Part shown: positions 11,217 through 22,972 of the stretch, piece after piece | How positions within the stretch are numbered: position 1 is the stretch's first letter | How the letters are laid out: each line of letters opens with the position of its first letter | Source: Schizochytrium sp. TIO01 | Taxonomy: Eukaryota; Protista; Bigyra: Labyrinthulomycetes | Length of the DNA stretch: 64,000 nt | Assembly: GCA_004764695.1 (NCBI GenBank) | Contig: SMSO01000037.1 | Span: forward strand, 3,696,747-3,760,746 | Reading direction: 5' to 3' | Program-made: the position numbers and the translations under genes | The notes under the pieces: model-generated | Database searches by the model: none | Told to the model about the DNA's origin: nothing | The model's input: the letters and a program-made list of their open reading frames with translations, nothing else

Positions 11217-12175
11217 ATTGTTGTCTGTTGAAAGGCATTCGCTGCGCTTGTCGTCATCGTAGGCGTCGCTAGGCGCCCCGCTAGCAAGGCAGACCCAGTC
11301 CGATCTGGGCCCTGGCCCGCGGCGGGATGGCAACTCGCGGGTCGAGAGCTTACAAAGTGCTCGCAGAAAGATTTCGCCACGGAAGGATTTTTTGAATGCT
11401 TTGGTTTCAAGTTGATTGCTTTGGTTTGCTTGCTTAGTTGGGCAGACTGGGATGGGGTGGAGACGCGGAAAGCTGAGGGCTGAAGCACGGGACAGGAGTG
11501 GCGGAGGGAGGAAGGAGAGGCACGAGAGGCCGAAGCCTGGCTTTTGGGAGGCAAGAGGAAGGAACTCCGCTTTCGAAGTTGTGGCTGAAGCTGCGGCTGT
11601 TTACTTCACGTTGCGAACTCTGCCTCTGAGGAGGCCCCAGAGGGGATGTGAGGAGAGTAGGCGTCGACAAGTGCATCTCGACCTCGCTGGGATGGTATAT
11701 GCTGAGAGGACTGAGGGAAGGTTTCTGGCGGGGACGGGGCCTCTTGTGAGGATGGTGCGGGGCAATCTTCTACGAAGCAGTGGAAATAAAAGTTGCGTAG
11801 GAGGGGAAACAACACAGGTTTGTCTCTCCAAGTAGGGTTTGCTATAGAATGAGGTAGAACAACTGTGGGACTCGAACTAGGGAAGGAGAAGGACCAGGAT
11901 AGCTTGGCAAAGCAAACCCGAATCTCTCGAAACTCGAGAGCAGCAAATCCGAAAAGAGGCGCGGCTTCCGGTCGCGCGCTGGCGAGGCCTGGAAAAGGCA
12001 GGAGGCCAGCTTGAGTAATTGGTTGCTCGAGGATTCAATTATCCTGCGAGCGAAGACCAGTGCTTGGAATAGTCTACATTTCATCTTGGGTTCTGACGGA
12101 CTGCGAAGAAGCAGAACCAGTAAAAAGGTTGTACTTTTCTGAAGTCTCACGCTCAACCTAGATCTGAGCGCCAAG

Positions 12176-12781
12176 ATGCTGCAAAGGACAACCAAGAACA
12201 TTGCGGCCAAGTTCGCCGCTTCGCAGTCGGTTTCCGCCGTTGCTAAGACCTTGCCCCGCAGCCTTGCGGTACAAGCTTCACGTCCTCTCTCTTCGGCGAT
12301 TGATCTCAGCGAGCGCCGTGTACGAGATGTGATCAACATCGGAGACCAAGCCCGCAAGGTTCAAGGATGGACGATCGCATCTAAAACTACTGTCTATGAG
12401 GCAACTCGTCAAATGGTCGAGCGACGCACTGGCGCACTTTGTGTAACTGAGGCGGACCAAATTGTAGGTATTATCACGGAGCGCGACTACCTTACCAAGG
12501 TTCTGCACGCTGGTCGAACCTCCAAGGAAACCGCAGTCGATGAAATTGCTACCATGGGTCATCAGCTTATAGTTGCTCGTCCTGATGATGTCATGCAAGA
12601 CTGCATTGACATCATGGTTATGAAGAATATCCGCCACTTGCCCATTGCTGAAGATGATGGCTCAGTTGTGGCTTTACTTGATATCAAGGACATTGCTAAA
12701 GCTCTTGCGGACGAGCGCACAGTCACCCTTCACACTCTTGATGAGATCCGTGAGGAGAAGATGCCTATCCACGATGGTTAA
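12176..12781 (+). CDS. CBS-domain pair protein (CBSX3-like), probably mitochondrial
   Basis: CBS motifs GALCV..VGIITERDYL and IRHLPI..LDIKDI. The N-terminus is Arg/Ser/Ala-rich with no acidic residues, like a presequence. Confidence 0.85.
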   Translation: MLQRTTKNIAAKFAASQSVSAVAKTLPRSLAVQASRPLSSAIDLSERRVRDVINIGDQARKVQGWTIASKTTVYEATRQMVERRTGALCVTEADQIVGIITERDYLTKVLHAGRTSKETAVDEIATMGHQLIVARPDDVMQDCIDIMVMKNIRHLPIAEDDGSVVALLDIKDIAKALADERTVTLHTLDEIREEKMPIHDG

Positions 12782-13694
12782 CAGGCACTCCTCATCGAGT
12801 CCGCTAGTTTGCAAGTTTTTAAATAGCACTTGTCTAGCAGTGAGCTCGTTGAAATTGTAAAGAGTGCAGCTGTTTTTCTCAAAACCAGTCTGTACCAAAG
12901 TCAGTATGCGTTTGTGCATACGTTGTCTACCCCTTAGTATTCTCTCTATCTATTTTTTAACTTTCAATTTCTATCTAATGAAAAATGCTCTTAGTTGGTT
13001 TTAGTCTAAAACATGTCAAACGCGTTTCTTGGAATCCAGTCAATCAATTCTACTTTGAATGCAACAACACGGAAGCACAACAGTGGTGCTGTTTGCCACC
13101 GCCATTCTTGGTGACGGTTTAGAATGAATAAAAACTGACTAGATTCGTAAATGTAGATTGAAACATGTACATGCAATAGAAAGTATTCTAGCCTAATATA
13201 GATGTCACGCAGATGTGAAATACCATGTGGCTGCTAATCGTGGGATTGGGCGAGGTGAATTGGATTACTTCAGTTGATGACTGTATTACACATTTTTTGA
13301 TGCAATGTGGACAGTAGTAGCGTAGCATCAGCGGTAGTTGATTTTCTGATGATAGGGTCTCAGTAACTGGACTTAAACAGTAACCACGCGGATAGTACAG
13401 AGGGTTTCGAAAAGGGATTTCAGACATGTACTTGGGTCCAAAGAAAATTTTCTCCTCAAAAGGTAGCTCATCGTTTACAGGAGTGTTTGGCAATCAAGAG
13501 ACCCTGATCAATCAAGATAGGCCGCTTTGAATGAGTGAAGAACAGGATGGAAATATGCTGACAAGCGTTTTGTTTTTTTGTTTCAATGAATGGATGGCCA
13601 ATGATAAAATCATAAGGTCGACCAACCCTTCGAGAGCAGAGAAACCAGCGAAGCTCTAAATAAGCGTTACGGCTGGCCAGGGTTTTCTAGGACA

Positions 13695-16600
13695 CTAAGG
13701 TGGTGGAGGACGTGGTTGACGTGGAATTACAATCTTGCGTGGACCAGATGCATCAGGTCGAAGATCTTCATCGGTTTGGGAGAGGATTGCATTTCTAAAT
13801 TGTGTTTCGCGAGCCATGCGGTCAGCAAAGATGTCAGCTCTGTGGTCGAAAGAACGACGCGAGTGGTAGAATGCTTCACCATACAAACGTGGAGACAGGT
13901 TCAAGCTGTTCCCAATTTCGTAAAAAAGCGCCGTATCGCGTTGCATGGAGTCGTGTGATTGACCCCAAATTGTGTCGGGATAAAGTTGAAGTAAGTTCAG
14001 ACCGCTCAAGCAGACTGTGTTACGAAGCATGTCCAAAACAGCCGAAGGTTGGCGCCAAACTTCTGGCAGGAGAGTTTTTCGGGCAAAGCTATGATAAATG
14101 TTGCCACCAGACTGTGACTCAGTCATTTTAGTACCCTCATCGTGCTCCTTGTAGATATTTGTGAGATTGACCTTCGAGTCATCTTCAAGAACATTTGCAT
14201 GCAGAATGCAAAGCGCAAAACGGTCTTGTGCTGCTAGTTTCGTCAAGGCCGACTTCAAATTCAAAACCTCATACGCCCTGCGTGCAATTTCTGCACTATC
14301 AGGTTCATCAAAGCTAAACCGAACGCCCAGGACAATACATGTGTCATCGGCTGCCCCAAGACCAGTTGAAGAAACACCACTTTCATGAGTTGCTAAAGTG
14401 AGCGAAGGGCGTAAAGGGAATGAAAAAAGTGCATCGACAGGAAGGATATCAGAAAGCCCACGCTTGGGAACATAGACGTGCATTGGTTTGGGTTTCCAGT
14501 TCGAGTTTTCAGGAGGAATGTCAAAATCCTCGACAATTGTGAAGCCATTTGCTCCGAGATCAATAGGTCTATTCATCGTTGATGTTAAGTGTGGTAAATC
14601 TGGCATCGCGTTCGATTCACTGCCGAAACGCAACATCAAGTCTGTCAAGCATAATTCCTGTTGCTGTCTCTGTGTCCAGATTCCCAATGCCGAGAATCGC
14701 ATAATAAAAGCAGCAAACATGCGATGCTGATAAAGGTTCATGAGTTCTTCGGTGACAGGCCAAGGAGATGCCATTGCGTGTCGACTCGACATTGGCTCAA
14801 TTACCCGTTCATATGCGGCAAGCATCTGCCTAAACCCACGAGGAGGTTCGCGAAGGCCAATTAGTTGCATCCACAGATGAGGCACGAGCGCTGGAAGGTA
14901 AGGATGCTGGTCTGATCCGTACAAGAGACCTGCCACAAGATATTTGTCTACTCTCTCCGGGTCCATACTTGATACTCCCGAGGAAAGCGCCGCGGCATAT
15001 GCTTGGTGAACTTCAGGATTGAGGACATCATACAAGGGGTTTGCCTCAAGTTCATACTGGAGATTTTTATTGGTCATAAGTCCTTGAATTTGACCAGTAA
15101 CATTGCCAAGTCCAGGCTTCAAGCTTGGTCCCACAATGTTGATAAGTTTTGGGTTCCCTCCGCAAGCCACGAGTGCCTCCATGGCACCCTCATCATGCAT
15201 CCACCGAGGTGCTTGCCAAGACTTGACTTGGTGGTAGGTCTTTGCAGCTTCGTCGACAGCGCGCAGTGATAAAGGTTCAAGAGCAATTTTAGCTGACGCC
15301 CAGGCCCCAACGTTAGCCTGCGCCTGTTCCAAAGCTTTGTGGTTGGTACAGGAAACACCAACAAAAAAGGTGTCAACTTCTTCAGCAGCTTCCATCAATG
15401 CATAAATAATGAGCTCTAGCTCCTGGGGGTTACGGTGGGCGCCCTCCCATAAGTTGTCGATGGCGAGAATAATGGCTGGCCTTGTTTTCCCAAATCCAAA
15501 TGTGGTTGACTTTCGTGACATGGCATCATTTTGGATCATGCGTAGCGCGTATGAGAGATGCGGAAGGTTTTCGAGATGCACTTGACTTAGAAATTCTGAA
15601 AAGGAAGCACCTTGACCAAAATAACTGTACAGCAATCGTGCGACTAGAGCATCTTCCGGGGCGGCTTCGTCATCATAAAGGCGTGACATTCTGCCCGAGA
15701 ATGCAATATTAATTCCAACAGCGTGGCGGAATATACTAACAAAACGGTCATTTTGCAAACCTTGGTTTGCAAGTGCCTGAAGCTCTTCCCATTTATGCTG
15801 ACCATCGGTCAAGGGCTTTTGCATATGCGCAGGGACCAAATTGCGCTCTTGAGGGATGGGCTCGTCAGGTGCGGTCATAGTCTGCAGGAAGCGGGAAATA
15901 CCAACGCCCGCGCCTCCAGTGACATTAACCAAAGGGGGAATCTCGCGCACGCTTTGGCTAGGTACTCGAATGCAGTTCTGCCACACGCCAAAGAGTCCCT
16001 GAAAGGCAGCACTACGTTCCTTGAGGCCCTCCAAAAAGCCCCTCTCTGTAAGAACATAGGGTTCATAGGGTCTTTCAAAGCGAAAGCTCTGGAGTTGCTC
16101 CAGTTCTCGAGGATCTACTTTACCGAGCATCCAGCTGCTTGACACAGCAGCCCTCTTTTTGCCTTGGACAGTTCTACTCTGTGCAGAGGCCCCGAAATAT
16201 TTTAGCACGGTACTGGAGCTATGAAGGTCCTCACGAGCATTTGCTACCTGTTTGACCATCATTTCTAAAGAGTTCGATATTTGATCAAACTCTTTGATCG
16301 TCAAGGAAAGCATTCGCTTGATGGCAATTTCTCGCAAACGATCAATATTGCGTACATCTGTGCTATTGTCGATAGGACCTTTGTTACTTTGGCGGACGCG
16401 AAGAAACTCAAGCTCCTCTTCGATGCGGCTAAGACGACTTTTTAGGTTCCTTTCTCGCGTGGTGACACTACGAAGAGCAAGTCGATCTCTCTCCGCCGTT
16501 TCAATAGCGTCATTCCAGAGTTGCATAATCGCTTCGCGACCTCTATTCTTTCGCGATGCACCTACCACAGGTTTTTCTGTTTCCTGTACATCTGTGGATG

Positions 16601-17204
16601 ATTTCCCCAGATTGTGACTTGAAGCATCGTCCTCTGAAGTATTCGCATCAGCCCTGGTCACCGTGACCACGCGAGGTTCACTCACAGCCCTCATAGCATT
16701 GATCGCCGCAAGTTTGCTATTCTGGATCTGTTGCTGCCTATTGTAGTAGTTCTGATTACCATTTTGGTTCAAGGTTTGATTTTGATTCTGGTTTGAGTTA
16801 AGCTGTCGGTTTTCACTGCCTGGACTGGCCTTTGATCGATTGGCACTTGGACCTCGAATTTGATTGTGATTCTGGTGATTCTGGTTTTGGCTCTGGTTCC
16901 TGTAGACGTTGCTGCCACTGTTGTTGTTAATATTATTGTTGTTTTTGCGACCTCGAGTGGCCTTGTTGGTGCCCTTCTTTTTAGGCGCTTTGCTCTTCTT
17001 TGAAGACATGTGCGCTACGAACTGCTTCGAGTGCGGCAGCTGGAGCCCATGACTAATGAGCGGCCACAGCTGTGCCACTCGTTGACCGCCAAGGCTCGCT
17101 GGCGACTTCATAGCTGACGGACCTTGCAAGCCAGATGTAACCAGTGGGGCCGCGCATGGCGGCCGCCAGAGCGCCCTCGAGGCCCCGATAGACGCGCGCA
17201 GCAT
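13695..17204 (-). CDS. 1169-aa protein: mitochondrial-type presequence, N/Q-rich region, coiled coil and degenerate P-loop NTPase (Crinkler-type)
   Basis: Long intact ORF starting MLRASIGASRALWR. Walker A-like VNVTGGAGVGISRFL (~15890-15935), RLLYSYF, Walker B-like IILAIDNL (~15450-15473) and CGGNP (~15151-15165). Confidence 0.75.
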   Translation of the reverse strand: MLRASIGASRALWRPPCAAPLVTSGLQGPSAMKSPASLGGQRVAQLWPLISHGLQLPHSKQFVAHMSSKKSKAPKKKGTNKATRGRKNNNNINNNSGSNVYRNQSQNQNHQNHNQIRGPSANRSKASPGSENRQLNSNQNQNQTLNQNGNQNYYNRQQQIQNSKLAAINAMRAVSEPRVVTVTRADANTSEDDASSHNLGKSSTDVQETEKPVVGASRKNRGREAIMQLWNDAIETAERDRLALRSVTTRERNLKSRLSRIEEELEFLRVRQSNKGPIDNSTDVRNIDRLREIAIKRMLSLTIKEFDQISNSLEMMVKQVANAREDLHSSSTVLKYFGASAQSRTVQGKKRAAVSSSWMLGKVDPRELEQLQSFRFERPYEPYVLTERGFLEGLKERSAAFQGLFGVWQNCIRVPSQSVREIPPLVNVTGGAGVGISRFLQTMTAPDEPIPQERNLVPAHMQKPLTDGQHKWEELQALANQGLQNDRFVSIFRHAVGINIAFSGRMSRLYDDEAAPEDALVARLLYSYFGQGASFSEFLSQVHLENLPHLSYALRMIQNDAMSRKSTTFGFGKTRPAIILAIDNLWEGAHRNPQELELIIYALMEAAEEVDTFFVGVSCTNHKALEQAQANVGAWASAKIALEPLSLRAVDEAAKTYHQVKSWQAPRWMHDEGAMEALVACGGNPKLINIVGPSLKPGLGNVTGQIQGLMTNKNLQYELEANPLYDVLNPEVHQAYAAALSSGVSSMDPERVDKYLVAGLLYGSDQHPYLPALVPHLWMQLIGLREPPRGFRQMLAAYERVIEPMSSRHAMASPWPVTEELMNLYQHRMFAAFIMRFSALGIWTQRQQQELCLTDLMLRFGSESNAMPDLPHLTSTMNRPIDLGANGFTIVEDFDIPPENSNWKPKPMHVYVPKRGLSDILPVDALFSFPLRPSLTLATHESGVSSTGLGAADDTCIVLGVRFSFDEPDSAEIARRAYEVLNLKSALTKLAAQDRFALCILHANVLEDDSKVNLTNIYKEHDEGTKMTESQSGGNIYHSFARKTLLPEVWRQPSAVLDMLRNTVCLSGLNLLQLYPDTIWGQSHDSMQRDTALFYEIGNSLNLSPRLYGEAFYHSRRSFDHRADIFADRMARETQFRNAILSQTDEDLRPDASGPRKIVIPRQPRPPPP

Positions 17205-18825
17205 CCTAGGTTGACGTCTGCATCAAAGAGAGCAGCTGCGTTTCAATTGTGAGCGAGCCAAAGCAAAAAACAAAGCAAGCAAGCAAGTAAATAAGCACAG
17301 TATTACTAGTAGTATTTATGTAGTTGTTGCGTCTATTAGCAAGAAGTGGAAACAAAGGGCAAATCATGTTAAAGGGTGTCAAAGAGAACTATAAATTAGC
17401 ATAAAGTAGAGCAAAAGGGCATTACACAATGAAACATTGGCCAGGGACAAGTACGGAATAAAACTAAATGAAATATTTGTATGTATACTTTAAGTTTAAC
17501 TAAGTAGCAAAACGTAATGGTAGTAGTAGCTACTACCTACCTAGGTACTGACCAAGGAAATGAGTGTTTTTTTCAGTCGAACGAAATGAATAGTATATCA
17601 AAATATTTGGGCAAACTAATTCTGGGGACGAGGAGAGTTCCGCTTTCATGTTGGGTTTGTTGTTCTAACAAAGTTGTGGGTACTGCTAGACGACAGGAAT
17701 CTGCGAGGTCAGCTTAGTCAACCAGTGAGTGGGCGGCGCTGGACGTCAAATTTATTGCGAGACGAATTTGATGAAGGTTTCTAAATGACGATGTTAATGG
17801 CATTTTTATTTTGGTTAGAAAAGGGAGTAGCGCCTACCAGGACATTAAATCAGCGATCATCACTCACATTACTAGGCATCTGGCAACAAGAACAAGAGCT
17901 TCACCAGAACCACAGAAGCACGTAATATTCTGTATGTCATAAATATTGAAATTATATTTCTACATTTAATTAATTAATTAATTAATTAATTAAAAAGTTT
18001 ACTAAGACTATATTTCTCACAAAACAAAACTCTTGGGAAGGCACCATCAAGAGAATATCAAAGTAATGCACCAATTGGTGGGCAGCGGAGCCTCGTAATA
18101 TTGGACGACTGACACGGAAATTTGGGGATACAAGGTTAAAAAGGTGTAAGAGGGTTGATTTTCAAAGAGGGTGATCACCACAGGACATTGCTTTATCAAT
18201 TTTTATAGAAATAACAGGACGGGAGATCTGACTCGGAGGTACTGTATGAGTAAGTCTTATTTCTGGAGAGAGACTTTCGCTCCAGGTCTGAGAGGGCAGT
18301 ATGCACTATACTACGACACGCGTATGCATGCATAAATCTGTAATTTGTATGTGTGTTTGTGAGTTTGTTTTTTTGATTGGATTTGATTTGTTCTTTTTTC
18401 TTGCCTTGTGCCATGTTCATTTCCTACCCCATACAATGGACAGGATCGATTTGGTTGCTACTCACCATCATTCCACTGCTTTCATTGTCACTCTTCTTCT
18501 TCTTCTTCTTCTTCTTTTTCTCCCTCTTCTTTCCTCCTTCTCAATCGCCCATTGTAGACGATTCTGTTTTCTGTACATTCCAGAATGCAGGTGCATTAAA
18601 GCAAGAAAGTCTTGCTCATAATATCGGAATTGTTGAGGAAGTGAAGGACCCAAAGCTGAAACATGAAGAGAGAACAAATGGTAGCGTGGGAAGCTTTGCT
18701 GATCGCGTCAACGAACGAACCAGGCAAGCAAACAGGCCGCCAAATCGACCAGTCAACCACCATGCAGACCTCCCTGCTGCTGATTTAAAACTGCTGTTTT
18801 TAAAAATGTGTTGAATAGCATGCGA

Positions 18826-20391
18826 TCAGCGGTGCAAGGCCTTGGTGGCTTGGGATACAGGGCACATGGGCGTGGAGGAGGCAGATTCCGCCGAGGCAGC
18901 TGCCTGGATATCGGCTGACTGGGCGACTGCCTCGTCCTCGAAGGACTCGGTCTTAGGCAGGCGGGTGAGAGGAGGTGCCATGATTTCGTGGATACAGAAG
19001 TCCCGAAGCTGCGCCTTAGCGCACCTCAAGGCACCCTCGAGAGTAACAGCTCTCGAGGCATCAGCAACATCGTCGTCAGAGAGCGCAGAGGATCCAAAGG
19101 CGCTCTGCATGGCGGTGCTCGAGGCCTGGATTGGGCATGAGGGAGCAAGCGCAAAAGAGCCTCTTCCCTCAGGATCAGACCAGTCGTTCTTGTGAAAAAC
19201 CATGAGCGCCAGCACGACGGGCAAGTACCAGAGTGACATGCGGAACGTGGTCCGCGCGGTGCCCATGTTCGGGTTTTCGTAAAACTTCCAGGAGGCCTTC
19301 AGAAAAATGTAGTTGAAGACGAGCGACTCAAGGGGGAACATAGCCGAAGTCACCCCCAGCGAGTAGCTTGCGAGGGGAATGGTAGCCATGGCCACGGAGT
19401 ACTTCCACACGAGGCTAGCCGTGCGCCTAGACGTAGGGTCGTTACACGGTACCATCTGGTGGCCGCCCGCAGAATAGTCTCTCTTGGCCATGTAAGCCAA
19501 AGCGAAAAAGTGAGGGAATTGCCACAAGACCAGGGCAGAGCTTACCAAGGCTGCCTCCACGCTATAGATCGTACCGGTGGCAGCCGCGTAGCCCATGAGA
19601 GGCGGGATTCCACCCACGAGCGCACCAACCCAAGTGTTCCACTCCGACATGCGCTTCATCGGAGTGTATACGCCAGCGTACAAAAAGACGTTTGCCAGTC
19701 CAAGAACTGCTGTCAAAGGGTTGCACAGCGTTCCCAGAATCACCGTGCCACCAACTGTGTTAGCAACACCAAAGGCCAGCGCATGAGCAACACTGCATCG
19801 GCCTGACGGGAGTGGTCTTGCGCATGTGCGTTTCATGAGGGCGTCTGTCTTGCGTTCGTACAGCTGATTGAAAGTGTTAGCCGCAGCCGCGTGCATTGTA
19901 GTTCCCACAGTCAATGCTGCCAGCGTATCCACCGCCACGGGCGCACCCGCAAGCAAGAAGCCTGCTGCGCCGGACATGACCACAAGCATGGTCAGCCGCG
20001 CCTTACTGAGCTGCGAGTACACCTTCGTGAGGTCGCGAAGCTGGTCAGCGGCAGACAGCTCAGAGCGGGCACCGGATCGGCGCGACGCCGAAGGGCTTTG
20101 GTCTGCAGAAGCTGCAGCGCCAGCTGCCGCCGCCGCATCGACGGAGGCGTCCATAGGTGCAGCCATGCGTGTGGGTGTGGATGCCGAGGAGGCCGCCATG
20201 GTGCGAACTTGCATTTTCGAAATCGCCTTCCCCGACGACCGTGTCAGCGAGGTTGAGCATGCAGCCATGGACCGAGCGAGAGCCAATGGGGTGCGGGAAG
20301 AGGCCGCCATGCCCAGAATGGGCACCGAGGAGCGCGCCCGCATGAGAAGGAGCGCGTCCGCGGAGGACAGGCCACCAAGACGGGCCGCCAT
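18826..20391 (-). CDS. COX10: Protoheme IX farnesyltransferase (heme O synthase), mitochondrial
   Basis: UbiA/COX10 motifs LSKARL, NTFNQLYERKTDALMKRTCARPLPSGR, LYAGVYTPMKR, NTWVGALVGGIPPLMG and LWQFPHFFALA..DY..GG. The likely start is ATG 20391 (MAARLGG) followed by a presequence; the ORF is open to 20550. Confidence 0.93.
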   Translation of the reverse strand: MAARLGGLSSADALLLMRARSSVPILGMAASSRTPLALARSMAACSTSLTRSSGKAISKMQVRTMAASSASTPTRMAAPMDASVDAAAAAGAAASADQSPSASRRSGARSELSAADQLRDLTKVYSQLSKARLTMLVVMSGAAGFLLAGAPVAVDTLAALTVGTTMHAAAANTFNQLYERKTDALMKRTCARPLPSGRCSVAHALAFGVANTVGGTVILGTLCNPLTAVLGLANVFLYAGVYTPMKRMSEWNTWVGALVGGIPPLMGYAAATGTIYSVEAALVSSALVLWQFPHFFALAYMAKRDYSAGGHQMVPCNDPTSRRTASLVWKYSVAMATIPLASYSLGVTSAMFPLESLVFNYIFLKASWKFYENPNMGTARTTFRMSLWYLPVVLALMVFHKNDWSDPEGRGSFALAPSCPIQASSTAMQSAFGSSALSDDDVADASRAVTLEGALRCAKAQLRDFCIHEIMAPPLTRLPKTESFEDEAVAQSADIQAAASAESASSTPMCPVSQATKALHR

Positions 20392-20544
20392 CGCGGAGAC
20401 GTGGATAAGAGGTGGGAGGTGGTTCTGCGGACGGCTCAGCGGCGGCGAGGAAGCTCCTCCTCGCGGCGCAGAGCTGATGCGAATTGGCCAGCGAGGCCGC
20501 TCAACTTGCTTACGTACAATACTTAGCCAACAGAGAGAGACCAC

Positions 20545-20582
20545 ATTCATTCATTCATTCATTCATTCATTCATTCATTCAC
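20545..20582. repeat. (ATTC)n microsatellite
   Basis: Directly visible, just upstream of COX10. Confidence 0.9.
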
Positions 20583-22291
20583 TCAATTTTCATTCACTCA
20601 TTTATACTACAGTAATACTTACTGATCCAACTACGTAGTGCTGTAATTTGAGTCTTTTTTCACTGCAAGAGAGAGAGAAAGAAAGGACGCTTCTACCAGT
20701 ATTCGGTATGAGGCCATAGTATCGCCAGTGTTTTATTTAAAGCTAAAAGTGGTTAGGTATCTACTACCTACTAAGTTGTAAATTCATGAACAGCAAAAAA
20801 CTTTTAGTCGATCGTAATCTTGGAATCGCCGCGATTCTAGTTAGTGGGTACCTATGCGGGAGCAGCAGATGCAGACCGCGTGCGAAGGATTTGTCTGTGA
20901 AAGTAAGTACTGGATATGCGTGCTCTCATCGTGCGGGAGGTGGCCTTCGTAAGCCCAAGTTGGTTGGGTCTGACAGTGGCAATGACGGCGTTATTTTTAT
21001 TTTAATCGATTACTTTACTTATTTCAAGTTATTTTTCATTTTTTTCTTCTATTTATTTACTTATTCATTCATTATTTACCGCGAGGACTTTTCAAGATGG
21101 AGAAATGAATGAGAGATGCACAATGGTACCTATTAGCTAACCGACTAACTAACTGACTATCCATCAAAGCAGCTCATAACTGACGAGAAACTTGAAGAAT
21201 ACTGGTTTGTATCGAGGTAAGCTGTCAAGACACCTGAGTATTCCATGCAGGAGACAAAGGAAAACAGCGAAGGCACTCGCGGCGATGCGATGCAGAGTAT
21301 CTCTTTCATTCATTGCACGCTTCTTTATTCGCCATTGCGAAAAGTACGGAAAACCTGTACTTTAGTAAAAATTGCATTGCATCGATCCCTTCATAAAATA
21401 CTACAGTAAGTAAGTGTAGGTGAAGATCGATCTCCAAAATCTCGCACGAGAACCGAGGACATTTATTCACTCTCCCTCGACGCTCGCAAGCTTCTGCAAG
21501 AAAGGCGCCACGTAAGAAGGGGCCAGAACCTCTCTGGCATCGACCCAAATAGCTTCGCTAAACATCGAAGCTCGCGAGTCCTGGCCGGAGTTTGGGAGGA
21601 GGAGTAGCACATGTGTTCCTCCTCCAACTCCACAATACCCTCAGAAGAAAGAGCACACACTAAGGACTCTAAAAGAAATCACATTCATTCTGAAAGAAAA
21701 GAAAACAGAAAGAATTAATTCGTATGGTCTCGGAGGGCGGCTGCCTAGTTTCCCCGACCCCAACACTGAGGGCGCCCCTTGGCTTGATATGATATCGGGC
21801 CAATATATGTTCGCGGTAGTTTGGGAGGTACCTGACAACAATATGACAGGCTATATCCTCCGGCAAAACTCATCCTGTAACCACCAACCTGTTATTGATA
21901 TATCAGTATCGGTGAAACAATCGCCTTCTTAATAAAAATTCCCACTGTGCCCCCCTCCAGCACGGCCGAGGAATACCATAAGAAAGGGCCTATGTACCAT
22001 TATTCTCGAGTGCTAAAGTCCTTAATCAAACAAACAAACAAATTAACAAATTAACAAATAAAGAAAATCCGCATTCCACATTAATTGCATAGTCCAGGCT
22101 CCCTTTTGCAACGGGTTGGGGAGCGCGCTTCTTCAGCTCAAGGCCGACGCCGAAGGCCGTGGCTTGAAGCGCGGGTCAGAGCTGGAGGGAGGCACTCGGC
22201 GCTCGGCGCACGCAGGCCTTCAATCTCCAATGGCCTCCGCGACTTGCATCGTTTGAGGGCGCTGAGCGATCGCTGACGAAGTTGGTTTACT

Positions 22292-22376
22292 CCTTTACTT
22301 TTGTTGTACTTTACTGTTGTACTTTACTTTTGTTCTTTACTGTTGTTGTTCTTTACTTTTGTTCTTTACTTTTGTT
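22292..22376. repeat. Degenerate ~13-15 bp minisatellite (CTTTACTTTTGTT-like)
   Basis: About six imperfect copies of ctttact(t/g)ttgtt are visible. Confidence 0.8.
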
Positions 22377-22972
22377 AGCAGCTCTTTCCTCCTTCAGCAG
22401 TGCCGACCACTGGTAGAGAATACGATAGATGATCAATAGCACGGGCCGCAGCTTTACCACAGTGGCAGTCGTAGGTAGGTGCCTAGCTAGCTAGTAGCTA
22501 GCTAGGTAGGTAGTACTGCCTTAGTGGAATGGGAAAGGTAAGCGTTCTAGGCAGGTACTAAGGAGGTCCTAGGAACGTTGTCTTATAGTAGCAAGCAATG
22601 GTATCTTTCTTCTGTATTGATGCAAGATGGTACCTAATTGATATGTTTGGGATTCCGTTGTGGGTTTCGAGGAGATGTGAAAGTCAACCCTCTCGAGGAT
22701 CTTTGGACTTGAAAGTTGAGGGGGGCGAAGCAATGATCTTTCGTGCCGTTTTGTAAGGACTTGCAAGATGATGGGCAGGATGGTTCTACAGGTGTTGAGC
22801 GAGGACAGTTACGTCATCAACATGAAAGAAAGATATAAAATAAGCTAAAACGAGTTTACATGGGGATGTGAGTTCTGCAGGCCCAGCAGTAAGTATCAGG
22901 GCGCCAGCTGACCAAGCAGGTTAAGTAGTAAGAGTGTCCAGGTACTTCAATGCGTGAAGTTAGACTCTAAAA

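Noticed and set aside
9826-11835. Many overlapping 60-180 aa ORFs in GC-rich DNA
   Set aside because: No recognisable motifs; they run through microsatellites and are expected by chance at high GC.
18377-18814. 145-aa plus-strand ORF
   Set aside because: Non-ATG start, poly-Phe from a CTT repeat, and it lies antisense in the likely COX10 3' UTR.
21660-22030. Possible structured ncRNA
   Set aside because: No match to recalled tRNA, snRNA or rRNA signatures; an Infernal/Rfam scan would be needed.
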